A DNA stretch of 64,000 nt, taken from Eledone cirrhosa. Its lineage: Eukaryota. Position numbers and translations under genes: made by a program. The notes below the pieces were generated by a model. The model searched no databases, had not been told where the DNA came from, and saw nothing but the letters and a program-made list of their open reading frames with translations. The DNA is taken from NCBI GenBank assembly GCA_964016885.1, contig OZ024741.1:85808001-85872000 (forward strand). Direction: 5' to 3'. The stretch's first letter is position 1. Every line of letters starts with the position of its first letter. Of this stretch, positions 53,249-64,000 are shown piece after piece.

Positions 53249-54749
53249 TTATATATGTGTATAGCTATATAAATACACACATATATGTGCATGTATATAT
53301 AGATATAGATATATTATTTGTGTGTGTGCGTGTGTGTGTGTGTAATCACAGTCCTCGATTTCTCATTACGTCGGTAACGGTAGTTATCGCCTTCTCAGTA
53401 ATTGAGTGAGATGATGGGAAAATATTTTCATATTTGTTGATTTTTTGTCTATTTATTACAGCTGTTGTTGCTCCTGGTGTTGTTTTTGTTGTTGTTACTT
53501 CTACTGTTGTTGCTGCTATTTTTATGGTTGCGGTTATCATAAATGAAACGTTAGAAGCCATGACAAGTTCCAGTCATAATATATAACACTTCTGTTCATC
53601 ATTCATTAATTTTATTGCTATAATAGGACATTACCTATAATTCTCATATATCTTCATCATCATCATTAAACGTCCGCATTCCCTGCTGGAAAGAGTTGGG
53701 TGGGTAGTCACAGACCAAGCCAGTACCCATGCAGCGCTACTGAACTCTCTGATGGGCTGGGGGTTTCCATCTCACTTGTTTACATTCTCACATTTCACCA
53801 GTTTTTCAGGCTGGCTGGCTGGTGTCCCACATCTCACAAAACGTTTCCATGCTCGAACGAGTCCATTTTATCATGTCACCAGCAATAGAGAGGTTGTCAT
53901 GTCTTTGATACAGCTGAAGAGCCTTCCAAACCTTTTGTTTGGTGGGGTTTTCTACAGTTGGATAACCTCATTATCACTAACCACTTTACAGAGTGTACTG
54001 GATGAGTTTATCCTGTAAATCACCAACACTAGAGAGGTTACTATGTCTTTGACACAACTGAAGAGTTCTCTTGACAGTTTTAGTGGGATACTCTTCCTAT
54101 CGCCAAACACCTTACAACACTGGTGCTAGGGAGGTTTTAGTTATTGACTCAACTAAAGCGCCTTCCCTACTCTATGAAAGGCAGGGCAGGGGTTAAAAAG
54201 GTGATAAGTATATCATAAGTAGTGGAGTGGGGGGATTATTAGAATGTTGAGTAAGATGGAGAGATGGGTGGCCTCTAGCTGCATGGGAAATTACTGAAAT
54301 GAGTAGGGATTTGAGGTGGAGGGTGTATCAGGTGTATTATCGTACGCAGTGTGTTTAGGATTTTAAGGGGTGAGGTAGATCCTGGGTAGGGTTATTAACC
54401 TAAACAGAATGTGGGTGTTAGGATGTGGAATCTTCCGGTAGTGTGGGAGTTATTGCGATGACAGTTATAGCTAGTATGTTTGGATTTTATGGTGATCCTT
54501 GGTTGAGTGATGAGCCTTAGTTGAGTGAAGGATTTAAGGAATGGTGGAGAGTAAATGATGAAACTGGATTGAGTTGAGGGTGTTGGGATTTAATAGGTGG
54601 CAGTGTTCCTGGACGAAGTGGGGATGGGGTGTACAATGATGTTGAGGATAGCGACTAAGGAGTTATAGTGGACGAGTGGAAAATGAAAGGGCTGGGAAAT
54701 AGCTACTAAGGAGTAATAGTAGAAGGGAGGTATGTGAATGAACCAGGTC

Positions 54750-55400
54750 ACCTTTTATACTGATGAACAGGTCTTCATCAGTAGAGCATGTTGTCACTCC
54801 TCGCACTCCTTTGTTATCTCTGACGTGAGGTCAGTCCTTACTCCCTCATCCCATGTCTTCCACAAGTCCCATCCACTGAGATTTCTCTGTCATTTTCTAT
54901 ACACATACCAACACAGTCTTCTTTCTTGCACACTACATCCAATTTCTCTTATGCCAAGTTTTTCTCTCAACTCGCGTATGCTACATTGTTCAAGCAGACA
55001 GACATTACATATCCATTGGAGCACACTTGCTTCAATTCTTTTTAACTTTCACAGGTCCTCTACAGTCACGGTACATGCAGCATTGCAGTTACAGTCTATC
55101 CTTCACTCTGAGAAAGTAGCTCTTTGTTATCAGCGGGAGTAATAGTTCTTTAAACTTCTTCCATCCTGTTCTTACCCTGGCTACCACACTTTAAAAGCAT
55201 CCTCCCGTACTGTTGATTAGGTCACCTATGTAACAAAAGGTATCAACAGCCTTTAGGGAGCCTTCTTGGCAATTGATCATATCTTTTTCACGTGTACTCT
55301 GAGTGAAAACTCTTCTTGTGAATCTATCACATATAAAATCTATTTTCTCTGTTAGCTTGCCTGTAATCCCACTATATTTATTGTGTGTCATAGGTTACAA
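54750..55400 (-). mobile_element. Degraded RTE/BovB-like LINE fragment
   Basis: SLKAVDTFCYIGDLINSTGGC motif; downstream UTR runs to a (GAT)n tail at ~53655. Confidence 0.75.
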
Positions 55401-55803
55401 TGTGCAATTTTTGAAAAAAGTTACCACTAATTCTTAGGTCTATTGTGGCTTGAAGTGAGTGAGTGAGTGAGTGAGAAGCGACTGGAGTGTTTATCTGGGA
55501 AACTACAATGTAACTGGCTTTCCAAGCATACATCACACAAATTGTCTTTACTAAGTGCGGAGGTGGGGGAGGGACAAAAATGGGGTCCGTATTTATTGGT
55601 TTAGAAACGAGGAGAAGGAAACGATTGCATATCACACTTTTGTAAAGAAGCTAAGCTGTGTTAGTTTAGTTTACAGAGTAACTAAGCTAAGTTCATTTAC
55701 CGGAGAGTAAGAAATAATAATCTTCCAGTTGGTAATATGCCCACAAGGGAAGGGGTAAATAAATATCCATGCTGTTGAAATTATATATATATATATATAT
55801 ATA

Positions 55804-56185
55804 CTAGCAGTGGTACCCGGCGTTGCACGGGATAAGGTATTTTGGAACGCGAGCCGCCAACAGACCTAATCAGGGAAAAACTGCATGCCTGGACAATATG
55901 TAAAGAAAATAAACCGAATACTCTGATGGCTGGATAATCTTTAAGATTTTCCTCGATGAAGCAGGATAAAATGCAAAACACCCCTAAAAAGCTGAAAAAA
56001 CGCAGTTTTTCACCTAATGCCTAGGGTATCAAAAAGTTGAATTTTTTATATGCATAACACACCCTGAAACATAAGTAATACACATGTAAAGTTTGAAAAA
56101 AATTGGTTGGGTACTTCTCGAGTTTTAGGGATTCAAACTCACAGACACACACACAGACAGACATCCTCAGTTTTATATATATAGA
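55804..56185 (-). mobile_element. Non-autonomous Helitron
   Basis: Minus strand begins TCTATATATAT and ends with hairpin CCCGTGCAACGCCGGG then CTAG; inserted between A and T, no TSD. Confidence 0.88.
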
Positions 56186-56579
56186 TGTGTGTGTATGTGT
56201 GTGTGGTTTTGTAACCTATTGTATCACTATAGTATGACATCTAATTTAACCTATTGTATTACTATAGTACGACAAATAACCTATAGTTCTCATATGTAAC
56301 CACTTGTATCACTATATAAAAACAGCCTATGATTTTCATTTATAACTAATTTTATCTTTATATATATATATGTGTGTGTAGGGTAGTGTGTGTGTGGATG
56401 TCTGTGTGAATGTGTATGTACAAATATATATATATATATATATATAGGAAAATATGTAAGATCCTTGGTACAAAAGAACTTACTGGATCTACCAACTCAT
56501 AATATTATAATATTATATTATAACGTTAAATCATAAATTTTTTAACACTACAAGTGAAGTCACTCTTTTCCTTTTTTTT

Positions 56580-56653
<74 letters not shown>

Positions 56654-56654
56654 C

Positions 56655-56693
<39 letters not shown>

Positions 56694-56704
56694 CATATAT
56701 ATAT

Positions 56705-56906
56705 CAGGGGCGGTGGAAGCATTTCTGAATTGGCGAGGCCAAATTTAGACAATTTAGTTGTAGTGATTAGTTTAGTTCTTTACACTCTAAAATAGGCAGA
56801 ACACTTCGATATGCGATAAACATATCCATATAGATGTGTATTTTGGTAGTTTGGACAGAAAATATAATTATTGGAGGGGGACATGCCCTACGTTCCACCG
56901 CCACTG
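56705..56906. mobile_element. TIR MITE
   Basis: CAGGGGCGGTGGAA...TTCCACCGCCACTG; TSD unclear. Confidence 0.75.
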
Positions 56907-57017
56907 TAAATATCTAATTTAAAAATTATGCTCAGTGCCCTCTCCTAAAGGGTTAATATATCGAGCTTCTTCGCATTTGGTAAGAAACTGGTATTATACC
57001 CAATATATTCATCTCGG

Positions 57018-57048
<31 letters not shown>

Positions 57049-57347
57049 ACTTCGGACATTTTTATCGTCCGATTTGTCCAGGTCTGTTTATTAACCTGTT
57101 AGTTCTTTCGTTACTTTGGTATTGTGTGGTTGGATTTTGCCTACCGCAATATTCAATTTGTCAAGGGCCTACCCTTATTGAGTGTTTTGCTAACTCATTC
57201 CTAAGTGTAGGTCGACTTTGCTTGCCACAGCCAAAGCTTCGATTTTACTAAGTTCCCACTTGTGTATATATATATACATTCGTTTATTATGGCTATTGGT
57301 GAGCTTTGTTACTCTAAAGTTTCACCTGCGTACTCAAGAGATCACCT

Positions 57348-57400
57348 GTCTTGTCTGGTGATCCTGTGAGTACGCAGGGGAGACTCCAGAGTAACAAGGC
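57348..57400 (+). ncRNA. Type I hammerhead-like motif, A6G core, in a foldback
   Basis: GTCTTGT-CTGGTGA-T-CCTGTG-agta-CGCAGG-G-GAGA-CTC-ca-GAG-TA-ACAAGGC; the inverted arm retains GAAA. Confidence 0.6.
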
Positions 57401-58519
57401 TTAGCCATAATAAATGAATATTTAAACTCTACTTCGGTATTGAGTTTTCATTCTTACGTCCGTCAACAATTCATGTACTCTCAGGTCTTGAATAATCGTC
57501 CCCACCCCCCGCTTATTAATGTCAGATTTTTTCCACCCACCCCAACCCGGTTTTTATTCCATCCCCATTCCACACCCGCTTATTAAATTTTGCTAATCTA
57601 TCTCCGGCGAAATTTTATTGTAAGTGATTCATATTGATACAGCAGCTGGAGAATCTAATAATTATTTCATTTTACATAAAAAAAAAATGATATATGACAA
57701 TAGAAGAACATTACAAGAAATCCCATATTTACGAACGTACACTATACAATTACTGATTTCCCAAGCCCCCACCCCTACCCTCTATTATTGTCTCCCCTCC
57801 TATTATTTGGGACTCGAGAGTGCCACCGAATTCTCCTGCTCTCTATGGCTATCACACAAAACTCTCTTTTAATCCCCCTCTGTTTTTTTACTAAAACCAA
57901 ACTCTACCCCTCTCTATATCAATTCAAATCAAACTCTCCCCCTCTTTATATCTACTACACGGAACTCTCTTCCAATCCCCCTCTCTATAGCAATAAACAT
58001 CAATCTCTCCTCCTCTCTATATCTAATATACAACACAGTCTCCCAACCCCCTCTCTCTATATCTACCATACAACACTCTCTCTCATTCCCTCTCACTCTA
58101 TCTATCACTACCAAACTCTCCCTCTCTCTATGTCTATCAATACCTATCTCTATCAATCCTCTCTCTCTATTCATTACCACCAAACTCTCCCCCCTCTGTA
58201 CATCACCCATTCAACATACTCTCCGAATTCCCCTCTCTATATCAAGTAACATTAAATTCTCCCCCTCTCTATATCAACCATACGACATACTCTCCGAATC
58301 CCCCTCTCTATATCAATTACCACTTGATATAGACGTGATTTACTTCGCTCCGGATTTTTACGGATTATTGTCAAAAAAACTGTGAGTTTATTGCTCAATT
58401 TAATAACATTGTTTAGTTTAACCCCTTGCCTGGGCCGTCAGACGTTGAGTCAACTAATTTTCGCCCCTTTCTGGGGCGAAATTTTCAATTTTCATCTCAA
58501 AACTGTAGACTTGGTGGCA

Positions 58520-60285
58520 ATGGATGCCATTTCCACCTCGCACACTGTCGTGAGTGCCACGCCCACTAAGAAAAGTGGTGGAGGGAAGATAGGAGTACAA
58601 AGCTTGCAGCCTTCCCTACTCGCATCATCGAAAAACGTTAAAAATATTGAAACCACGAAACCAAACCCGGTAAATAATACCAGCACAAGAACAATGACAA
58701 TAACACCACAACCAACAACTGCAACAATAGCAACACCAAGGAAAACATGAACAATATTACCAACAGTGACAGCAACAAAAAAGACAACACCAAAACAACA
58801 TTCGCACAGACTGTAAAAAAAAAAAAACTATACACGCCAATAGACATAACAAATGCTAAACAACTATTACAAGACGCAAAACAATTCGTGACTTTTGGCG
58901 AAAACGGTGCTTTTAGCATCAATTCTCCACAGGAATTACGTAGAGAGGCTGTCCTGAAAACCACAGTTTTCGGGACATTATCGAACGAAACAAGAAAACC
59001 AGCTCAATTATCACAAAATGAAATTGAGCTGGTTCGAAAAGACGCAATGAAGGACTTAACCTTCATACAAAAAGGTAAACTGTTTGGTAGCATTTCGGTG
59101 CTGATGAACAACCAGTCAACAGCTCAAAAGTACTCGATAGCACCCATTGTGTCCCCCCCACTTCACCTTTTACCCCACATACAGGGGAAAAAGGACACAA
59201 AGAATAAAAATAATGAGTATCACACCAAATGTAAACATTTGGTGGATACTATGTGGAATAATAAACTTGGACGAAGACAATATAATTTCAATAGGAAAGT
59301 GCTCCGGGGGTGTATTTGGTGGGACCACAGTAGAAGTTCTGGTGCAAATGAGCCCAGAACGAATAGCGAATATCCCACAACGCGTGCCTCTGGACGGGCT
59401 AACTTATATAAACATTTCAGTGGAGGGAAGGGGGCCGTCATGTTTCCACTGCTTAAGCAGGGGTCACCTGAGGGCTGCCTGTCCTCAATTAACGAGTCAA
59501 AAAAAAAGGCTCTTCTGCCAACCCCGAACACAACAACACAACCACCACCACAACAACACGGAAAAATAACAACACAAAACACTGTTCCACCCAATCCCTC
59601 CCCACCTAAAACAAATACAAAAGCAACCACAGCAAAACCCCAAAATATACCCCTCCCCAACAACACGGAAGAGGACTCCGTATCAACGTCACCCAGTGAC
59701 GACGAGAGAGAACCCTTTCAACAGGTGAAAAGGAAAAAAAAAAGGCACCACATTAACAAAAATTCCACAAACACACAGCCACCAGCACAAACAGAACAAA
59801 CATCACAAACAAAAAAACCCACCCCTCCCCAAAACATAACACGTACTATAAAACGCAAACACCCGCAAGAACAACAAACAAAAACAAACACAACACAACA
59901 AAAACTCTATACATACATTAACAAGAACAATAAAACGTTGATGAAAGCGATAGAAAATAACCCTTCGGTGGAAACCGAAGGGATCACTTTCACCTACGCA
60001 GCGAACAAACCGCACCTAATGATGATTAGGGGCCCAACGGAAACCTATGTAACTTTGAAAAACAACCATCCAATGCATGTGGGGACCAACTGCACCAAAC
60101 CACATAATAGCGTCCTATTGAGATGTTTCCCCACCCCCACACCAGACACCCACACCCCACCAAACACCCTAATCCCACCACACACTGATGTCCTCACCCC
60201 ACTACAAACCACCACCCCACCAAACAACCCTTCCAACACCCACATGGAAATTGTGCAGCCTGGCCCCCAGGAGACGAAGAGGTAA
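58520..60285 (+). pseudogene. Tx1-type ORF1 (gag-like, CCHC knuckle), frameshifted
   Basis: ATG 58520; CFHCLSRGHLRAAC lies in the 59147 frame between a C7 run (59153) and an A9 run (59499); P/T/Q/K-rich tail. Confidence 0.8.
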
Positions 60286-60327
60286 GTAATTTCCTTTCCT
60301 CTTCCTTTTTACCTCTTCAGCACCAAC

Positions 60328-63300
60328 ATGGCCAATATAAGAGTTGGATGTGTGAATGCACGCGGCTTGGGGATGTCCTGGAAACAGGGCAAACTCTTAA
60401 ATGACCTCAGGTCGCACAGAGTGGATGTAATGGTTATTTGCGAGTCCAGGATCAGCAGCGAGCGCCAACTGGCCCCCATCTTCGACGACTTTGAGATCTA
60501 CGCATCTCTCTGTCAGCCGAGGGGTGGGGGTGGGGTTGTCGTTCTGCTGCGAAAATACCTGGGTCTCGCCACACAGAAGGTACACCTGGACCCGGAGGGT
60601 CGACTGGTGGTTTTAGACGTCGGCAGTGGTGAAGGTGGAGCTTTCAGGCTGGTGGCAGCGTATGCCCCATCGGGGACACCGCGACCAGACTTCTTCCGAC
60701 GCCTGGAGAATTTCCTGGGAACGTCTCGCTCCTTGCTTTTAGTGGGGGACTGGAATGGTATCCTGGATGCACGTTGGGACTATGTAGGGGCATGTCCCGA
60801 TAGAGGGGGGGTGTAACAGCCTCAAACGATTAATCGGCCGATTTGATCTGGCCGATAGATATCGACTGGATTTTCCGACTGTGCCACGGTGGACGTGGAG
60901 TAATCGCAGTGGAACATCCAGGTCGTACCTAGATAGGTTCCTAGTTAGAAATAAGGATAGGGACATTTTAAGCTGTCCACGAATGTTCATGGTTGACTAT
61001 TCGGATCACAAGTTGTTGACCGGAGTGGTCAACCTTGATAGAACTCATAGACAGGGACCCGGTTACTGGAAGCTAAACTTGTCTTTACCGACAAACAAAG
61101 CTTACAGTAAGCGGATTAGCACACTAGTTAAGCAGCGTTTGACGGGGGCAATTGTCAACAGCAGGTGGTGGGGCTCTCTCAAGAGAGAAATTAGAATAGA
61201 ATCGATAGGTTTTAGTCGGGAATTAGCATCAGATAGGAATAGAACTGAAAGGGAATTAACAAATAGAGTAGAAGAGGCGATTAGGAGTGGCAACGTGGCC
61301 GGCGTGCTGGCGTCAAGAACGGTCCTAGACCAGTTCTTTGATGCAAAGCACGAGGGCTGCGTTGTCAGGAGTAAAATACGTGCTCTGGGTAACGAGGGAG
61401 CCAAAGCTGTTACCTGGGCCCGAGTGACAGTGGCAAAAAGTGGAAACAAGTCCACGATTCGGTCTTTGAAGGACCAGGATGGACGCGTGATCCTTGAACC
61501 TGAGCGGATGAGCGCGGCCTTTCAACGGCGCTTAGCACGACTGTTCGGGAGGGGCGGCGGGCCGGGTGGGGGCCATGGATTTCGGTCCATACCTCGACGG
61601 TCTGGCGCGGCTCTCGGACGGGGGGGCGAAGTCCTGCGAGAGGCCGATTTCAGCCGCTGAAATAGGAAAAGCGCTGAGCCAATGCGGCAAACGCAAATCT
61701 CCGGGTCTCGATGGTCTACCATACGAACTTTATGTAGCGATGCGGGGCTTGTTCTCCGGTCTCCTCGAGGCGGTCTACTGCAACTGGCAACAGAACGGGA
61801 GAATTCCCAGTTCTGTGACCAAGGGCATAGTCACGCTGGTGAGGAAGGACGAGAACAAGGGGGATGACATAGATAACTTCAGGCCCATAACTCTGCTAAA
61901 CACAGAGTTAAAGATTTTGGCCAAGGTGTTAGCGAAGAGGTTGGCGCTTGTCGTCGGGAACCTGGTGGGAGAAGCGCAGACATGCGCAATCCCGTCCAGG
62001 TCCATACACGACAACCTCCACCTCATGCGATACATCGTAGAGAGGGTAGGCAACGAACCCGGCTTTGGTGGGGTCCTGATCAACTTGGATCAATCTAAAG
62101 CGTTCGATAGGGTTGACCATCGGTACCTGGATGCGGTGCTCGCGGCGGCAGGCTTCGGACCCGTTTTCAGGGGCTGGATTGCTGCAATGCACAGCAGCAA
62201 CACCTGCTCGAGGGTCAAGGTGAACGGCTACCTCTCGGAGCCGTTCCAAATCACGCGATCCATTCGACAGGGATGCCCTCTCTCCTCCCTCCTGTATGTG
62301 CTGGCTCTCGAGCCACTACTGAGGAAGCTGGAGTTGTTGCAGGGCATCCCCTTGGAACCGGGATTGCGGAAAGCGGTGTCGGCCTACGCCGATGACGTGA
62401 CAGTAATGGTGTCGTGTGCCTCGGAAATCGGGCAGATCGGCACCTTACTGGAGGAATATGAAAGGTTCACAGGAGACAAGCTGAACCGGGACAAGTCCGT
62501 CGGTTTGCAACTCGGGACGTGGAGGGGCAAAACGATGCCCTCCGACGGCATCGTCGGACGCTGGACGGAGGGACCGGTGAAGCTGCTCGGGGTCTGGTTC
62601 GGACCGGACCTCCAGGTGGAGAAAAACTGGGACGAGGTAACGGGCAAGGTGTTTGCACTCACCCAGAATTGGGCCGAGTGCAAACTATCCCTGAAAGGTC
62701 GAGCGGAGGTGGCGAACGCTTATATAGCGTCCGTCATCTACTACCGCTTGACCGTCGTGCCTTGCCCAGAGAAAACACTCGCCAAAATGGAGCGCACGCT
62801 CTTCCGATTTCTTTGGAAGAAGCGGGCTCCTTTGGTGAGAAGATCCATCTGCTGTCAACACCCTTCGAACGGAGGGCTGGAGATGACGTGGCTGACGATG
62901 CGTAGACACGCATTAAGGCTACGGCACCTCCAGGTATTCCTCACCGGTCAGCCGGTGTGGGCCCTGTTTGTGAGGCGAGCCTTTCCGAGACGCGTCTCAC
63001 TCACCGAGCTGCAATCCTGGATCAAGCAAAGACCGAGAAAAATGGGTGACTGGCACATTGAATGTGCCCAGGCGCTCACGGCCCTCTGGCAAGCGGATCC
63101 GGCAATCAGTGGAGACTCAACCTCAACATTCTATAGAGGGTTGGTGCGCAGTAAGTGCGACGACGCTCTCGGACAGGCTCTGGGCATGGAGGAAGACGAG
63201 CTGGCCAGTCTGTTCGGTAGGACGTTTGGCCCGGGACCGATGGACAACTTCCAAAAGTCCCTGGCTTGGCAATGTTACCGAGGAGCTCTACCCGTTCGGG

Positions 63301-63767
63301 ACAAGCTCTACAGACACGGGCGCCCGGGTAGGGACCCCTCAAAGAAGATCTGTCCAAGATGCGTGCGTGACGAGGAAACCGTCGCACACGCATTCGTACA
63401 CTGCCCGGGCGTTGCTGACCTGTGGGGCTATTTAGAATGACTACTGTCGCGGGTGGGACCAATCCGGTTGACCACCGAGAACATTGTCACAATCAAACCG
63501 CCTCCCCCTTTCAAAAACGAAGGAGAGGCGGTTTTCCTCTGTGTGATAGCCATGGCGAAAGAAGTTGTATGGTGGACAAGGTTGAAAGGGCTGAAGTCAG
63601 ACACCTATCTCTCCGGCCAACAACTGGTCTTTTTTTTCAAGTACCACTTTAGAAGAAGGATCAGAATGGAGAGAGAGGTGCTCTACCCCAGCAAGTTTTA
63701 TGAAAGATGGGTGAAAGTAGCGAGAATGGCCCGAGTGAATGGGCCTTCTCTCTATATCAGCCTGTAG
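60328..63767 (+). pseudogene. Tx1-type ORF2 (APE + RT + zinc motif), 2 frameshifts and 1 stop
   Basis: CVNARGL, AYAP, GDWN, SYLDRF, SDH, SPGLDG, FRPITLLN, LDQSKAFDRVDH, RQGCPLS, AYADD, CPRC...ETVAHAFVHC; in-frame TGA at 63438-63440. Confidence 0.93.
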
Positions 63768-64000
63768 GTGAGAGAGGAGAAGAATGAGGAGAGGAAGGAA
63801 GCACCCGCTCTTTGTGCTCCTGAAGAGGAGGGTTGCACATTTTTTCGGGGGTGTGTGCGACCCATGTCAACGCCCCTCCCTATTGAGGACATCGATTGTT
63901 AAATTTAATTTGTTATATGTTTTTTACACGTCTTTTTAAATGTATGTAAACTCCCCCCCTTTGTATTTGTCCCAATCTTTGATGCCCTGGTGGAAAATAA

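Larger units (their letters stand above)
58330..64000 (+). mobile_element. Near full-length Tx1/L1-clade LINE
   Basis: ORF1 with zinc knuckle, ORF2 APE-RT-C-terminal zinc motif, 3' UTR reaching AATAA at the window end; 5' boundary approximate. Confidence 0.93.

Overview
Eukaryotic, AT-rich, microsatellite-dense animal DNA. The SINE/LINE families suggest a coleoid cephalopod (octopus-like); this is an inference. One host gene is supported: a C1GALT1-like T-synthase on + with three coding exons (26822-27086, 34340-34995, 40670-40804; 351 aa). The rest is mobile DNA: a CR1-type LINE and two identical tandem RTE-type LINEs in a multi-kb (TA)n tract, a near full-length Tx1/L1-clade LINE plus an old copy, Penelope-like (Naiad-type) remnants, a CRE-clade fragment, a hAT/Buster fossil, a deleted mariner, MITEs, a Helitron, a solo LTR and many SINEs. 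The main unexplained signal is five type-I hammerhead-ribozyme-like motifs. Their cores are canonical (two), U3-A8 covariant, U4C and A6G. Three sit in head-to-head foldback insertions whose inverted arm lacks part of the ribozyme, and one lies sense within a C1GALT1 intron. All structures were read by eye; no folding or database search was run.
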